This document shows positions 30,049 to 40,596 of a stretch of DNA of 64,000 nucleotides, piece after piece. Each line of letters begins with the position of its first letter. Positions within the stretch are counted from its first letter, which is position 1. Made by a program: the position numbers and the translations under genes. The notes beneath the pieces were generated by a model that was given only the letters and a program-made list of their open reading frames with translations, did not search any database and was not told the origin of the DNA. The stretch comes from an uncultured delta proteobacterium. Lineage in GTDB: Bacteria; Desulfobacterota; Binatia; UBA9968. The stretch lies in the NCBI GenBank assembly GCA_963745835.1, contig CAVUZH010000002.1, forward strand, positions 23,062 through 87,061. The letters run 5' to 3'.

Positions 30049-30250
30049 ACGCACCTGCGGGTACCGGTACGGTTTGGATGGAGCTTTGCGAGAGGGCGCG
30101 AGAGCGATAGCGAGCACCCGACTCATCAGTGACGTCCTAGGCTTGCGACTGATTAGCCGGCACCCATTAGACGGCCGCGCTCAACAGGCGACTTCTCTCC
30201 AGGAATAACTTGTATTGTTTCTATTCGATGCGTCTCGGCCGAATTTTGTC

Positions 30251-30578
30251 GAGATCGAGGTCTCGCGTTGAGATGGCGTGCGAGAATGCTCACTCAGCCA
30301 TTTTGGACGGGTTTTTCTGAAAGTGACTTTTCACCTCCTCTAGGTGCATGACATCGGCATACTCGTGATGCAAATCGAGCAGGTTGAGCTTGTGTGTTAG
30401 CAGACTTCGGTCCAAGGCAGCATTCTTAGACGACCATGACGTGATAACCGTAGGGAGTAGGCTTCTACCAATGATCCTCAAAATGGCTCGTTCATCGCGC
30501 TCGTCCTCCCATTGTTACTGCAGAAGCTTCTCCAGACGCTTGATAATCTGCGGCGAAGTTCCCATCACCTCGCGCGCC
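30251..30578 (-). pseudogene. Decayed duplicate of 8140-8961 (TTT gene 3' end plus isochorismatase) with a 499-bp internal deletion
   Basis: Long near-identical blocks with the 8.1-9.0 kb region; encodes LDRSLLTHKLNLLDLHHEYADVMHLEEVK. The junction TTCTACCA|ATGATCC is at 30470/30471. Confidence 0.85.
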
Positions 30579-30742
30579 GACCGCTAAATTTAACCGGTCA
30601 CCTTTAGACGGGAGTGATCAAAGGCAAGAGCTTTCATGCAGCAATCGTTCTGTATTATTCCTGTCTATACATCTCGTTTCCATGATGAACTTCAGTAACG
30701 CATCCTTGAAAAGGACTTTGCTTTACTCGACGGTTGTGACAA

Positions 30743-30771
30743 TTGACATACAAGTAGAGTCCCAATATAGA
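30743..30771 (+). promoter_or_regulatory. Possible sigma70 promoter
   Basis: TTGACA-17 nt-TATAGA, about 50 nt upstream of the cupin start. Confidence 0.4.
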
Positions 30772-30818
30772 GTTCCATCTGTCACAGCTTGGCAACTAGA
30801 ACCTTCGCGGGAGGGAAA

Positions 30819-31856
30819 ATGGAAAAGACGTCTCAAACGGACCGAATCGCAACATTCGACAAAGATTTGGAGAGGACCGATTTACAAGGCTTCTGGAGAT
30901 CAGGACGGTCCGGGGTCACTGGATATCCCGTGACCAGCGTTAAACCCCATCTCTGGAAGTGGGCGGATATGTATCCGCATATTCTGCGGGCGGGAGAAGT
31001 CATTGAGCTAAAGGGTTATGATCGACGTACGGTGAGACTAGTGAATCCTTCTCTGGAGGGGTGGGCGTACACAACCAAAACAATGCACGTATCAATGCAG
31101 CACATCGCACCTGGAGAAGTTGCTGCAGCGCATCGACATACGATGGCAGCTATTCGCTTTGTTATTGAAGGGAATGGTGCGTACACCACAGTAGAAGGAC
31201 AACAATGTTTGATGGAGGAAGGTGATCTCATTCTCACTCCAAATCTAACCTGGCATGATCACACCAACAACTCACCTGCACCCATAATATTTTTGAATGG
31301 AGTGGACATGCCACTAGTTCAATACTTAGATCAATGGGTTCAGGACCTTTATCCAACGGAGTGCCAGGATATTCAGTTTAGCAGCGAAAGTGTGAACCGT
31401 GTCTCTGGGCAGATCCAAAATCCTAACTTGTCCGGTGCAGAGCTTATTCACTACAAATGGCGAGAGACTTACCCGGCTTTAATAGCTTTGAAAAACATGC
31501 CTGCGAGCTTAAATGTGTTCGACGGCATTGTGCTGGAATATAGAAACCCTGTTACAGGAAAATCTACGCTACCAACGATGCAATGCGCCGTTCAACTTTT
31601 GCCAGCCGGGTATGAGTCAAAGGTACACCGTCACACGAGTACGGCAATTTATTATGTTTTCAAAGGAAGTGGAAAAAGTCTTGTTGGGCAAGACTGGATT
31701 GAATGGGAGAAAGGCGATGTTTTTGTGGTACCTCTCTGGTTCGCCCACCAGCATATCAATGCCTCAGCCTCTGACGATGCAATACTATTCTCAATGACAG
31801 ATGAGCCTCTAATTAAAGCTTTAGAACTCTATCGCGTGCAGGTAGCTGATCAGTAA
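30819..31856 (+). CDS. Bicupin dioxygenase, gentisate 1,2-dioxygenase-like
   Basis: PHLWKW, RRTVRLVNP, AHRHTMAAIRF, TPNLTWHDH, YRNPVTG..TLPT and HRHTSTA. Confidence 0.88.
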   Translation: MEKTSQTDRIATFDKDLERTDLQGFWRSGRSGVTGYPVTSVKPHLWKWADMYPHILRAGEVIELKGYDRRTVRLVNPSLEGWAYTTKTMHVSMQHIAPGEVAAAHRHTMAAIRFVIEGNGAYTTVEGQQCLMEEGDLILTPNLTWHDHTNNSPAPIIFLNGVDMPLVQYLDQWVQDLYPTECQDIQFSSESVNRVSGQIQNPNLSGAELIHYKWRETYPALIALKNMPASLNVFDGIVLEYRNPVTGKSTLPTMQCAVQLLPAGYESKVHRHTSTAIYYVFKGSGKSLVGQDWIEWEKGDVFVVPLWFAHQHINASASDDAILFSMTDEPLIKALELYRVQVADQ

Positions 31857-31876
31857 CTCATCCTGATATTGTAGGA

Positions 31877-32905
31877 TTGAATAAAAATATGATTGGAGCT
31901 TCATCAATCAATAAAGAGCGCTTCTGGTTTACATTACTGTTGTTTTGCTGGCTTGTTTTCGGCACTGATCAAGCAATTCCATCGCATGCCAGCAGTAGCG
32001 AAAACAAAGCTCACGTAGAAGAAGTCTTAATTGGCCAAGCCTCAAAGAGTATTAGTCAGCTCCCGTCATACATCGCGATGAACCAAGGTTTTTATCAGCG
32101 CGAAGGCTTGAAAGTTAAGACGATAAGCATAAGAAGCGGTGTCCTACCAGCAACATTCGCGAGCGGTGATTTGCACTATAGTGGTATTACGGCAGTAATC
32201 AGCCGATTTGCGGCAGTTGGCGGGCCGGTTAGAGTCGTCGCTGTAGGCGTAATGAGAGTTCCGATGTTCCTTGTAGCCCATCCTAGTGTCAAAACTCCCC
32301 GAGACCTGAAGGGAAAATCTATTGCAGTAGATACCATAGGCCAAGTCCCTGAATTGTCCGTACGCGCGTTTCTTAAAAAGCACGGCTTGGATCCGGACCG
32401 GGACGTTACGATTAGAGCAATAGGAGGGGCTGAAGAACGTCGTTTAGCTGCTGAACGAGGCGTGGTCGGAGCCAGTCTCGTTTCCATTCCCGTGAACTCC
32501 ATAATGAAACAAGCAGGTCTCGTCGAGCTGGGATTTACCGGGGCAACTATTCCGGAGCAGCCAATAAGTGGTATCGGTGTTTCAGAAAGGGTTCTCGCGC
32601 AGAGCCCGGAACAAGTTAAGAAAATATTGAGAGGCTATATTCACGGGTTGCAGTTTCTATGGAAGAATCGAGCAGAGACCATTGCGATCATACAAAAAGA
32701 ATTTAACGTGAACGACTTCGTAGCTGGCGATGCTCTGGATTCTTTCTATGTGCTTGCCACAAAAGATGGACTAGTGAAGGATAGCGCCTTCGATGAGGCT
32801 CTGGAGTTTGGGGTAAGAAGCGGTAAATCACCATCTGTGTCAAAGATACGCGACTTCAGTTTTTTAAGGGAAGTACTTAAAGAACTCCACATACCTCAAC
32901 AGTAG
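31877..32905 (+). CDS. SsuA/NMT1-like ABC substrate-binding protein
   Basis: Signal peptide, GFYQREGL, DLKGKSIAV and HGLDPDRDV. Confidence 0.85.
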   Translation: MNKNMIGASSINKERFWFTLLLFCWLVFGTDQAIPSHASSSENKAHVEEVLIGQASKSISQLPSYIAMNQGFYQREGLKVKTISIRSGVLPATFASGDLHYSGITAVISRFAAVGGPVRVVAVGVMRVPMFLVAHPSVKTPRDLKGKSIAVDTIGQVPELSVRAFLKKHGLDPDRDVTIRAIGGAEERRLAAERGVVGASLVSIPVNSIMKQAGLVELGFTGATIPEQPISGIGVSERVLAQSPEQVKKILRGYIHGLQFLWKNRAETIAIIQKEFNVNDFVAGDALDSFYVLATKDGLVKDSAFDEALEFGVRSGKSPSVSKIRDFSFLREVLKELHIPQQ

Positions 32906-33071
32906 AATAGTTAGGGCATGCGCTTATTCAAGACCGCACAATGTATATAGCGTGTGGCATTGCACGACCTGACGGCTCTAAAGCGACCCTCCTTCTGAAT
33001 AGCTTTTTCGGCGTAATTCAGGTTGCGATCCGGCAACGTCCTCCTCAGGACCATGAGTTAGGTGAACGACT

Positions 33072-33617
33072 ATGGATATTTCCAAAATTTCTACCGGGCG
33101 TAATCCGCCCGTTGACCTACACGCTATCATTGAGATTCCGGTCGGTGGCGTTCCGGTCAAATACGAACTCGACAAACGATCTGGGACGATGTTCGTAGAC
33201 CGCTTTCTGCACACAGCAATGTTCTATCCGGGCAATTACGGCTTTCTCCCGCACACCCTGTCCGAGGATGGTGATCCATGTGACATCCTGGTGGTGGGCA
33301 ACGTCCCGGTAGTTCCGGGCGCGGTGATTCGCTGCCGCCCCGTCGGCGCATTGCTAATGCAGGACGAAGCAGGTCTCGATGAAAAAGTTTTGGCGGTTCC
33401 TGTGGATGATCTAAATCCGTTCTATTCCAATATCCGCAGCTACACCGATCTTCCATCAGTGCTTATCGAGCAGATCGCCCATTTCTTCGAGCATTACAAG
33501 GACCTTGAAAAGGGTAAGTGGGTTAAGCTTGTACGATGGATCGATCCGTCAGAGGCGGAAGCGCTGATAAACGCCGCAATAAAGCGCGATGCAGCGAACC
33601 GCGAGGACCGAGATTGA
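33072..33617 (+). CDS. ppa: Inorganic pyrophosphatase (family I)
   Basis: IEIP..KYE, VDRFL, YPGNYG, DGDPCD, DEK and HFFEHYKDLE. Confidence 0.96.
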   Translation: MDISKISTGRNPPVDLHAIIEIPVGGVPVKYELDKRSGTMFVDRFLHTAMFYPGNYGFLPHTLSEDGDPCDILVVGNVPVVPGAVIRCRPVGALLMQDEAGLDEKVLAVPVDDLNPFYSNIRSYTDLPSVLIEQIAHFFEHYKDLEKGKWVKLVRWIDPSEAEALINAAIKRDAANREDRD

Positions 33618-33737
33618 GTGAACATTCCCCCGGGGTAAGTCGGAGAACCAACGATCAGTAGGAGAACATCCGCGCCAGCGTTCCGTCGCAATGCTATAGC
33701 GAGTGGGTGGCGGCGCCAAGCGAAATTGGAGTGATCG

Positions 33738-34718
33738 TTGGACTTACCTGGGGTTAAACGTTCTGCTGATTTCGTCGTACGATTTTTTGTCGTTTGGGTG
33801 TTTCTCGCGGCCGGAGCGGCGTTGATATGTCCGGCCGGGTTCACGTGGTTTCAGCCGCTGATTATACCCGGGCTTGGCGTGATCATGTTCGGCATGGGAA
33901 CGGCTTTAACACTAGCCGACTTCAAACGGGTGGCGGACCAGCCATATCCAGTAGCCGTAGGCTTGGTCGCGCAATTTCTCATTATGCCGTTGATGGCCGC
34001 GGCTATCGCAAAACTTTTTGAGCTTCCACCGGCGATTGCGGCAGGATTGATCCTCGTGGGCTCCTGTCCGGGCGGCACGGCGTCTAATGTCATGACGTAT
34101 CTCGCCAAAGGGGACGTCGCATTATCAGTAACCATGACTTTGTGTTCGACGATTGCTTCGGTAGTCGCAACACCATATCTGATGTTGTGGCTCGCTGGCA
34201 CATATGTATCCGTTCATCCGCAGGAACTCTTGCTATCCATTCTCACAGTTGTGATCTTTCCGGTGGCCGCCGGGCTAATCGTTCGACAATTTCTCGGAGA
34301 CCGCGTGCGCCAACTCGATGCGCTGTTGCCAGTTGTCTCGGTGGCTCTCATCGTGATGGTTGTTGCCTGCATCGTCGCATTGTCCAGAGAGCAGCTGTTG
34401 GATACCGGCGCGCTGGTTTTTGTCACGGTAGCAGCGCACAACAGCTCTGGTTTGGTGTTGGGCTATGCCATGGCGAAGCTCGCAGGCCTTGACGCAGTGC
34501 GTTGCCGGACGATTGCCATCGAAGTCGGCATGCAAAACTCGGGTTTGGGAGTAGCGCTGGCGCGCAAGCATTTCGCAGACGTGTTAGTTGCGTTGCCGGC
34601 GGCAATTTTCAGCGTAGTGCAGAACATCACCGGCCCCGCCGTAGCCAACTTATGGGCGCGCAACTCGCCTTCCTCGCCGGGGAGTGAGCCTGAGCGTCTT
34701 ATCAGTAAAGGGTTTTAA
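33738..34718 (+). CDS. Bile acid:sodium symporter (BASS) family transporter
   Basis: IMFGMG, PGGTASNVMTYLAKGDVALS and IEVGMQNSGLG. Confidence 0.93.
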   Translation: MDLPGVKRSADFVVRFFVVWVFLAAGAALICPAGFTWFQPLIIPGLGVIMFGMGTALTLADFKRVADQPYPVAVGLVAQFLIMPLMAAAIAKLFELPPAIAAGLILVGSCPGGTASNVMTYLAKGDVALSVTMTLCSTIASVVATPYLMLWLAGTYVSVHPQELLLSILTVVIFPVAAGLIVRQFLGDRVRQLDALLPVVSVALIVMVVACIVALSREQLLDTGALVFVTVAAHNSSGLVLGYAMAKLAGLDAVRCRTIAIEVGMQNSGLGVALARKHFADVLVALPAAIFSVVQNITGPAVANLWARNSPSSPGSEPERLISKGF

Positions 34719-34877
34719 GTCTCCGGCAATCTTTCCTGATGTACATATGGATCCGAGGACGGGACGATTATTTAGCGCGGTTGACGAAGAACTACTCGTT
34801 GGCTAGTCTCATGGCAACAGTTGAATGACAGAGTAAACCGGTTTCCTCCGGCACAAATAAGTGGGATCCGTATCACG

Positions 34878-35240
34878 GTGAGTAAGATTCTGCTTGTCGA
34901 AGATCATCCCGAATTGCGGGAAGTGCTCCAGCGCCAAATTGAGTGGCTGGGTTTCACCGCCATCACTGCCAACAACGGCAAGGACGGCGTTGATACAGCT
35001 ATCTCGGAAAAACCAGATTTGATCGTGATGAATTCTTCAATGCCAGAGATGGATGGTTGGGAAGCGACTAAATTATTGCGCTCAAATCCTCAGACTAAGG
35101 ACATTCCCATCTTGGCCGCGACGGCAATGTTCCGGCCCTCCGATCTAAGAGCTTGGCTAGACGTCGGATGCAACGACTACATCGTCAAACCATTTACATT
35201 GGATGAACTCTCAAGGAAGATTAGGGCTCTTATTTCGTGA
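34878..35240 (+). CDS. Single-domain response regulator receiver with Asn at the phospho-acceptor position
   Basis: ILLVEDH, PDLIVMNSSMPEMDG, ATA and DYIVKPF. A possible promoter TTGACG-17-TAGTCT lies at 34781-34809. Confidence 0.85.
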   Translation: MSKILLVEDHPELREVLQRQIEWLGFTAITANNGKDGVDTAISEKPDLIVMNSSMPEMDGWEATKLLRSNPQTKDIPILAATAMFRPSDLRAWLDVGCNDYIVKPFTLDELSRKIRALIS

Positions 35241-35513
35241 GGTTTGATGGTCGCGTGTCGAACAGCACGGCATCTTAATTATTGATAATGATTTCGCCGA
35301 TTAGTCACCGTTGAAGGCTACCGACGCTTGCTGCGCCGCGTTCGTACCAACCGCTTTCAGCCGCTTGGCTTCCGTATAAAAACGACTCCGCGTCTCATGG
35401 ACCATCGAACGTCTTGCGTAAATAAGATGCGAGAAGCGGCGAATCTTAACTAGAAAATCAGAGCTTGACAGCCGTTCTTTTGCCGCAGTAGGGTCGTCCA
35501 GGTAACAGTGAAT

Positions 35514-36518
35514 ATGTTGAAGAAAATCCGACTGCTGCTGGTTTTCGTATTTTTGGCCGCGCCTGCGATCTTGTCTGCTGCAGAACGTCACATCCATACT
35601 AGCGCCGGGTTAGGCGGTTCAGGTTTACCTCTTTACGTTGCGAAGAGCGCCGGCATCTTTGAAAAATATGGGCTCGACGTTGATTTGCTCGTCATTCCCG
35701 GCGGACCGCTTGGGATGCAGACCCTTGTTAGCGGCAACACTCAGTCCGCCAATATTGCGGCCATGACTCCAATCAGGACAGTTCTGGCGGGCGGGGACAT
35801 CGTGATGGTTGGCGGGCATCTTAACCGTCAGATGTTCAACCTGGTGACCAGAAAAGAAATCCGTAAACCCGAAGATCTGCGCGGAAAAAAAATAGGCGTG
35901 GTCAGTCTGGCAGGAACGAATGCGGTCGCTGTTCGCTTAGTGCTCAAAGAGTGGAAGATTCCTTTCGAGGCGGTGAACTTGCTCGTGGTCGGGGGAAGTC
36001 CGACACAATTGGCCGCCCTCGAATCCGGTACGATTGATGCGGCGGTGCTTACGTACGGCGTAACGAAGGATGCGCTGCGGAAAGGCATGACGGTTTTGGC
36101 CGACCTATCCAAGCCAGTGCCGGAATTTCCGGATCGAACGATTATTATGCGCCGGTCCTTCTTGATGAAAGAACGAAACCACGTCAAGCGATTCATGCAA
36201 GCGCTCAGCGAAGCCATTTATCAGATTAGAACCGCGGACAATCAGCGAAGAGAGCAATTTATCGCCATCGCCGGGAAACACCTGAGGGTCAACTTAACGG
36301 CGGCCAGGGAGTTCTACGATCTTTACGAAAATGCTTTTTCCTTTCCCCCGCGTGTTGGCCGAAACGGGATGGCAGCGGTTATAGATCTGATACAGGAGGA
36401 AACCGGACGGCCGAAGGCGGAGTTTGAGCTAAGCCGGTTTCTTGATGAGAGCGTCCTCGATGAACTCGAGAAGGAAGGCTTCTTTAAAAAGTTGGAGTCG
36501 GAGTATACGCGAAGATAA
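35514..36518 (+). CDS. SsuA/NMT1-like ABC substrate-binding protein
   Basis: Signal peptide, GIFEKYGLDV, DLRGKKIGV and LESGTIDA. Confidence 0.87.
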   Translation: MLKKIRLLLVFVFLAAPAILSAAERHIHTSAGLGGSGLPLYVAKSAGIFEKYGLDVDLLVIPGGPLGMQTLVSGNTQSANIAAMTPIRTVLAGGDIVMVGGHLNRQMFNLVTRKEIRKPEDLRGKKIGVVSLAGTNAVAVRLVLKEWKIPFEAVNLLVVGGSPTQLAALESGTIDAAVLTYGVTKDALRKGMTVLADLSKPVPEFPDRTIIMRRSFLMKERNHVKRFMQALSEAIYQIRTADNQRREQFIAIAGKHLRVNLTAAREFYDLYENAFSFPPRVGRNGMAAVIDLIQEETGRPKAEFELSRFLDESVLDELEKEGFFKKLESEYTRR

Positions 36519-36583
36519 AGATTGGGTGTTTTCAAAATTGGTAGGGGCGGGGCGCCTCTATCTGCGGCTGAAAAGGAGGTCGA

Positions 36584-37456
36584 GTGATGCAAGCTAGAAT
36601 CAGACACGTGGCGGTGATGTGCCAGGATGCTCCTCGAGTGGCCAGGTTTTACGAGCTGCTGTTTGCGCTTACGGCGAAGGCGCAAACTTCGGACGAGCTT
36701 CATGCCAAAATGTTCGGCGCGCCGGTTTTAGGGTCGAAGCGAGTTGTACGACCATACGAGCGAACCATTATCGTGAGTGATGGAAACATCGGATTCGCGT
36801 TTCTTAGAAGGGCGCCAGGTTATCCGGGCGGCATTGATCATTTTGGTATTGAGGTCGATGATCTCGACACCGTGTTTGCGCGCATGAAAGAGCGCTACCC
36901 GAAAGTTGGCGCGGTAAAACGACCGGCCAATCGGCCTTTCGCGGCTTACAGTTCTCATGATCCGGAAGGTCATTTATTCGATTTGGCGCAGCATGATTCG
37001 CAAAATATTAGAGGCGTTTGGAGCGAGACGCCAAGAGGGCAGGATCGTTACATCAAACATATAACCATTCGCGCCATCGACCCTGAGGCCATGGCCCGAT
37101 TTTACATGGACGTGTTTGAGTTCCAGGAGGAAGAAAAGGCTTTAGAGGATCCAAATTTTTATCTCACCGATGGCAAGGTGACTCTGGTCCTGACTCCGTG
37201 GAAAATTCAAGATTATCCCGAGGCGGAGCATCGAGGTCCGGGATTCGATCACGTAGGCTTTAAGGTTGAAAGCGTGGAGACTTTCAAAAAAGATTTGGAA
37301 ACGGTGATCAGCGTGGATCCGGCGAATCTCGCGCCTCGCCCAGCCAGCAATATTCCGGAGCAGAAGGTCGTATTGGGGCTGCTGCAGTCATGTCGCTATG
37401 GCCAATATCACGTGCCCGACCCTGAGGGAAACTACGTCGACGTTGCAGAGCATTGA
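36584..37456 (+). CDS. Two-domain VOC/glyoxalase-family protein
   Basis: IRHVAV, GIDHFGIEV, DPEGH, IKHITI, GFDHVGFKV and DPEGN. Confidence 0.87.
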   Translation: MMQARIRHVAVMCQDAPRVARFYELLFALTAKAQTSDELHAKMFGAPVLGSKRVVRPYERTIIVSDGNIGFAFLRRAPGYPGGIDHFGIEVDDLDTVFARMKERYPKVGAVKRPANRPFAAYSSHDPEGHLFDLAQHDSQNIRGVWSETPRGQDRYIKHITIRAIDPEAMARFYMDVFEFQEEEKALEDPNFYLTDGKVTLVLTPWKIQDYPEAEHRGPGFDHVGFKVESVETFKKDLETVISVDPANLAPRPASNIPEQKVVLGLLQSCRYGQYHVPDPEGNYVDVAEH

Positions 37457-37538
37457 AATAACTCGTCCCGAGTCGCTTAGAAGTCGATTTGCGAGAGTCA
37501 CGCGGTAGGGCCTTGCTCGATCTTGTGATTGCTGCGCA

Positions 37539-38529
37539 TTATTTTTTGCTCGGTTTAGCAATGATGTCGAAAAAAACGTTCTGATCATCGAAGGCAAAGC
37601 CGGCTAATTCCCCATTATCGTTTAGGGCGTTTACACTTTGCCAGGTATAGCCTTTAGGATTGTTAATTCGAAGGTAATTTTCATCAGTGTATAAATAGTA
37701 AGCTGCGACACCGTTCACCGTTGCATAAATCAGGACCTGATCGTTGTTGTTTAGTTGCCGTCGCATCATTGCCATCACTAGAACCGGGCACTCTCAATTC
37801 AGTAAACTGTCCGTTGTCCCACAAAAATGCGTGTTGACCGGTACTGTCGGAGTAATGACCGAGGACTTTTAAACTATTATTGATCGCAACAGCCTCTACC
37901 AGCGCTTCTATTGTTGGCGGCAAAATATTCTGATACTGCGTTCCATCGCTGCTCCGAATGAAGCTGAAAGCCCCAGAATCACCAGACGAACGTCCGACGA
38001 TCTGCCCAAAATCGTTTATGCCATTTGCAACCGTTGATTTGGAACCAGGTGCAGTAAATTGGAACAGACTGCCATTTTTACTGCGCAAAAAACCGGTTTG
38101 TAGCAGACCTCGATCGTCGTGACAGAATCCAACGATGTCACCGTGATTATTGATTCCCGAAGGTGTTGTTAAACGTTGAGTCGCGCCATCGGAGAACACT
38201 GCGCATTCAAAGTCTGTGACCTTGCGCTTCTTATCGACAAAAGAACCGGCAAAATCACCGATGAGCGCCAATTCCCGAGATCGATTAACCGCTGCTATGA
38301 ATTTACCCTGAAGAGGGAAGACCTCGGTAACAGTGTAATTGATCTCGCTGGCGGCGGGAGGCTTCTTACCTGGATTCTCAGGCTTTGTCGCACTCGTAAC
38401 GATTTGTGCCTGTCCAATTCCTGGAACCATGAATCCGAAAAGTAAAAGAGCTACAGCAAAACTTTTTATATGATGTTTCTTCTTGTCGCCCGGCGATGAG
38501 GAAGCAGCAGAAGCAAGTAGCAGTTTCAT
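37539..38529 (-). CDS. Secreted HAF-repeat (beta-propeller) protein with a +1 frameshift at about 37755
   Basis: Repeats GINNHGDIVG, GINDFGQIVG, AINNS and HAFLWDNG. Removing one base gives DATALNNNDQV..ALNDNGELAG. Confidence 0.75.
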
Positions 38530-39182
38530 TTACACCTCCAAACCTGACGGGTGATTGGCCGAGCACATTCTCTCTCCGCGCGAGTCTCTGGCCACTCTCC
38601 CGCTGATTATAGCGGGACAGGATAGCCAATAGTTTCCAAGGATTACCAATAAATGCCTAGAACCGCATAACATTGTCAGGGTACAAGGTCAATGGTAAAA
38701 TTTGCGGAGCCTTGCCGCAGGTCAAAAAGAACGTGGAATTGATGGTATGTGGGGTAGCTGTGGGGAGAAATTATCCGGCCTTTGGTTCGACTCCAGCGAT
38801 GGCCGCAGTATTCCGGGAGAGAGCATATGACAACTCAGGTCCAGTAAAGGATTCGAACACTTGGCCAGATACTCAGTAATCGCCTTGTCGAAAAACTTAC
38901 GCAGCTCCTTCATCGAAACGCCAGTCGGCGCTGGGCGGAATCCGCTGGAGTTTTCGGCCGCGGATCGTCGCTCACAAGCCTGCTCAAGCGATTGGAACCT
39001 AGTCGACTACTTCGGCGCCCAAAGAAGCAGCTTTTCGGCAATCTCCCGCCCATGGGCTGATTCACGGGCTGCAGGTGTATCAGGCGCCGCTTAGGACTCC
39101 AGAGTTTCATCGGATCATGTGCGCGCGTAGTGTGCGCGTCGTATCAGAGGGTATGAAAAATCCTGAGGCTCACGCCTGCAGC

Positions 39183-40250
39183 TTAGAAGGCGTAGCGCAC
39201 TTCACAGCAAGGTAAGGCGCGTTTTAACGTGCCGAGAAAAGATTCGACATAGCGGCGCTTCTCATGCACTTTGTAACGCAGGTTCCACATGCCGTTTTGG
39301 CTGAGCTTTTTCTGCTGCAGCTCGGGGCGCCACAGCCAGTCCTCTGCTCTGGGATGCCAGCGTAGGTTGACTTCGTGCAGTGCCGCATTGTGCGTCAGGA
39401 AAATGACTTCTGCCTTAAGCTGCTCTTTCGCGGCAGAGGACAGCGTCGCATCCAATTTCTCGAAGATCTCGATGTAATCCGTCTCCCAACCGTCATAGAC
39501 GATCACCGGGGAAAAATTGATATGGACCTCATAGCCTGCGTCGACGAAATCGTTGATCGCCGCGATCCGGTCGCTTACCGGTGAAGTGCGCACGTCAACC
39601 ACTTGCGCGAGCCGCTCAGGCATCAGGGAAAAGCGAATACGGCTCTTGCCTTGAGGATCGTAGCCGAGCAGATCGCGATTGACGTACTTGGTCGCGAAGC
39701 TGCCCTTGCCATTCGGAATATCGCGAAACGTGGCGACGAGATCGCGCACATTGTCGGAAACCAGGGCATCAACGGACAAGTCGCCGTTCTCCCCAAGATC
39801 ATAAACCCAGAGTTTGGGATCCACCTGATCTGCTGCCGGCTTCAAGCCCTGCCGTCTTGCGTGTCGCGCCAGCGCGGCGCAGATCTGCTCGATATTGACG
39901 AAAACAGTGATCGGATTGGCATAGCCCTTACGCCGCGGCACATAGCAGTAGGCGCAAGCCATGGCGCAGCCGTTTGATGTTGACGGTGCGATAAAGTTGG
40001 AACTGCGCTCATTGGGCCGCATGCTCATGCTCTTCTTGACGCCGAGTACCAGGGTATGTTGCTTGATGCGCAGCCAGTCTTCAGCGTTACCTTCGTTGCC
40101 ATAAAGAGTGGGGATTTGTTTGTGCGACGGAACCATGATGCGCCGCGCGTCCGGATACCGCGCGAGCACCTGGCGGCCGCGATCATAGGTTTCGACCGCC
40201 GGCTCCATATAGATTGTTTGGATGTCGAGAATCTCGCGGGGAAGTGCCAT
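39183..40250 (-). CDS. Radical SAM protein, spore photoproduct lyase (SplB)-like family
   Basis: GCAMACAYCY (CxxxCxxC), DLGENGD, ATKYVN, RFSLMP and HINFSP. Confidence 0.85.
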   Translation of the reverse strand: MALPREILDIQTIYMEPAVETYDRGRQVLARYPDARRIMVPSHKQIPTLYGNEGNAEDWLRIKQHTLVLGVKKSMSMRPNERSSNFIAPSTSNGCAMACAYCYVPRRKGYANPITVFVNIEQICAALARHARRQGLKPAADQVDPKLWVYDLGENGDLSVDALVSDNVRDLVATFRDIPNGKGSFATKYVNRDLLGYDPQGKSRIRFSLMPERLAQVVDVRTSPVSDRIAAINDFVDAGYEVHINFSPVIVYDGWETDYIEIFEKLDATLSSAAKEQLKAEVIFLTHNAALHEVNLRWHPRAEDWLWRPELQQKKLSQNGMWNLRYKVHEKRRYVESFLGTLKRALPCCEVRYAF

Positions 40251-40596
40251 GCCTCAAGAATCAGTATCGCTGACGGCGGCTTCACCTTCAACAGTGTGCG
40301 TCAAAGAGTCCCCTACGACATGGACTTGGTGACGGTCGCGGTGGTACATAAGGCGAATACCGAAGAGATCCGGCAGAGTGAACAATCATCAGTCACTCGA
40401 GATGACGTTCGTTGAGACACCGAGCGCGAATCTCTCCACGCAGAATGGACAGGCTGGGGGGACGTGTCTGAAAATCGCCAGCGCGGAACTATCAGAGGCC
40501 TTGCTGCCGCTGGCTTTTCTTCAGGCCGATCTCCTTCATTTTTCTTGACGCGTTTGCGCCGCTTCGGCTAGCGTGCCGGCAAGACTGGAGGTTCCA

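Noticed and set aside
38640-39180. Short ORFs between the HAF gene and the SplB-like gene
   Set aside because: No RBS or recognisable motif. Possibly decayed coding DNA, but unsupported.
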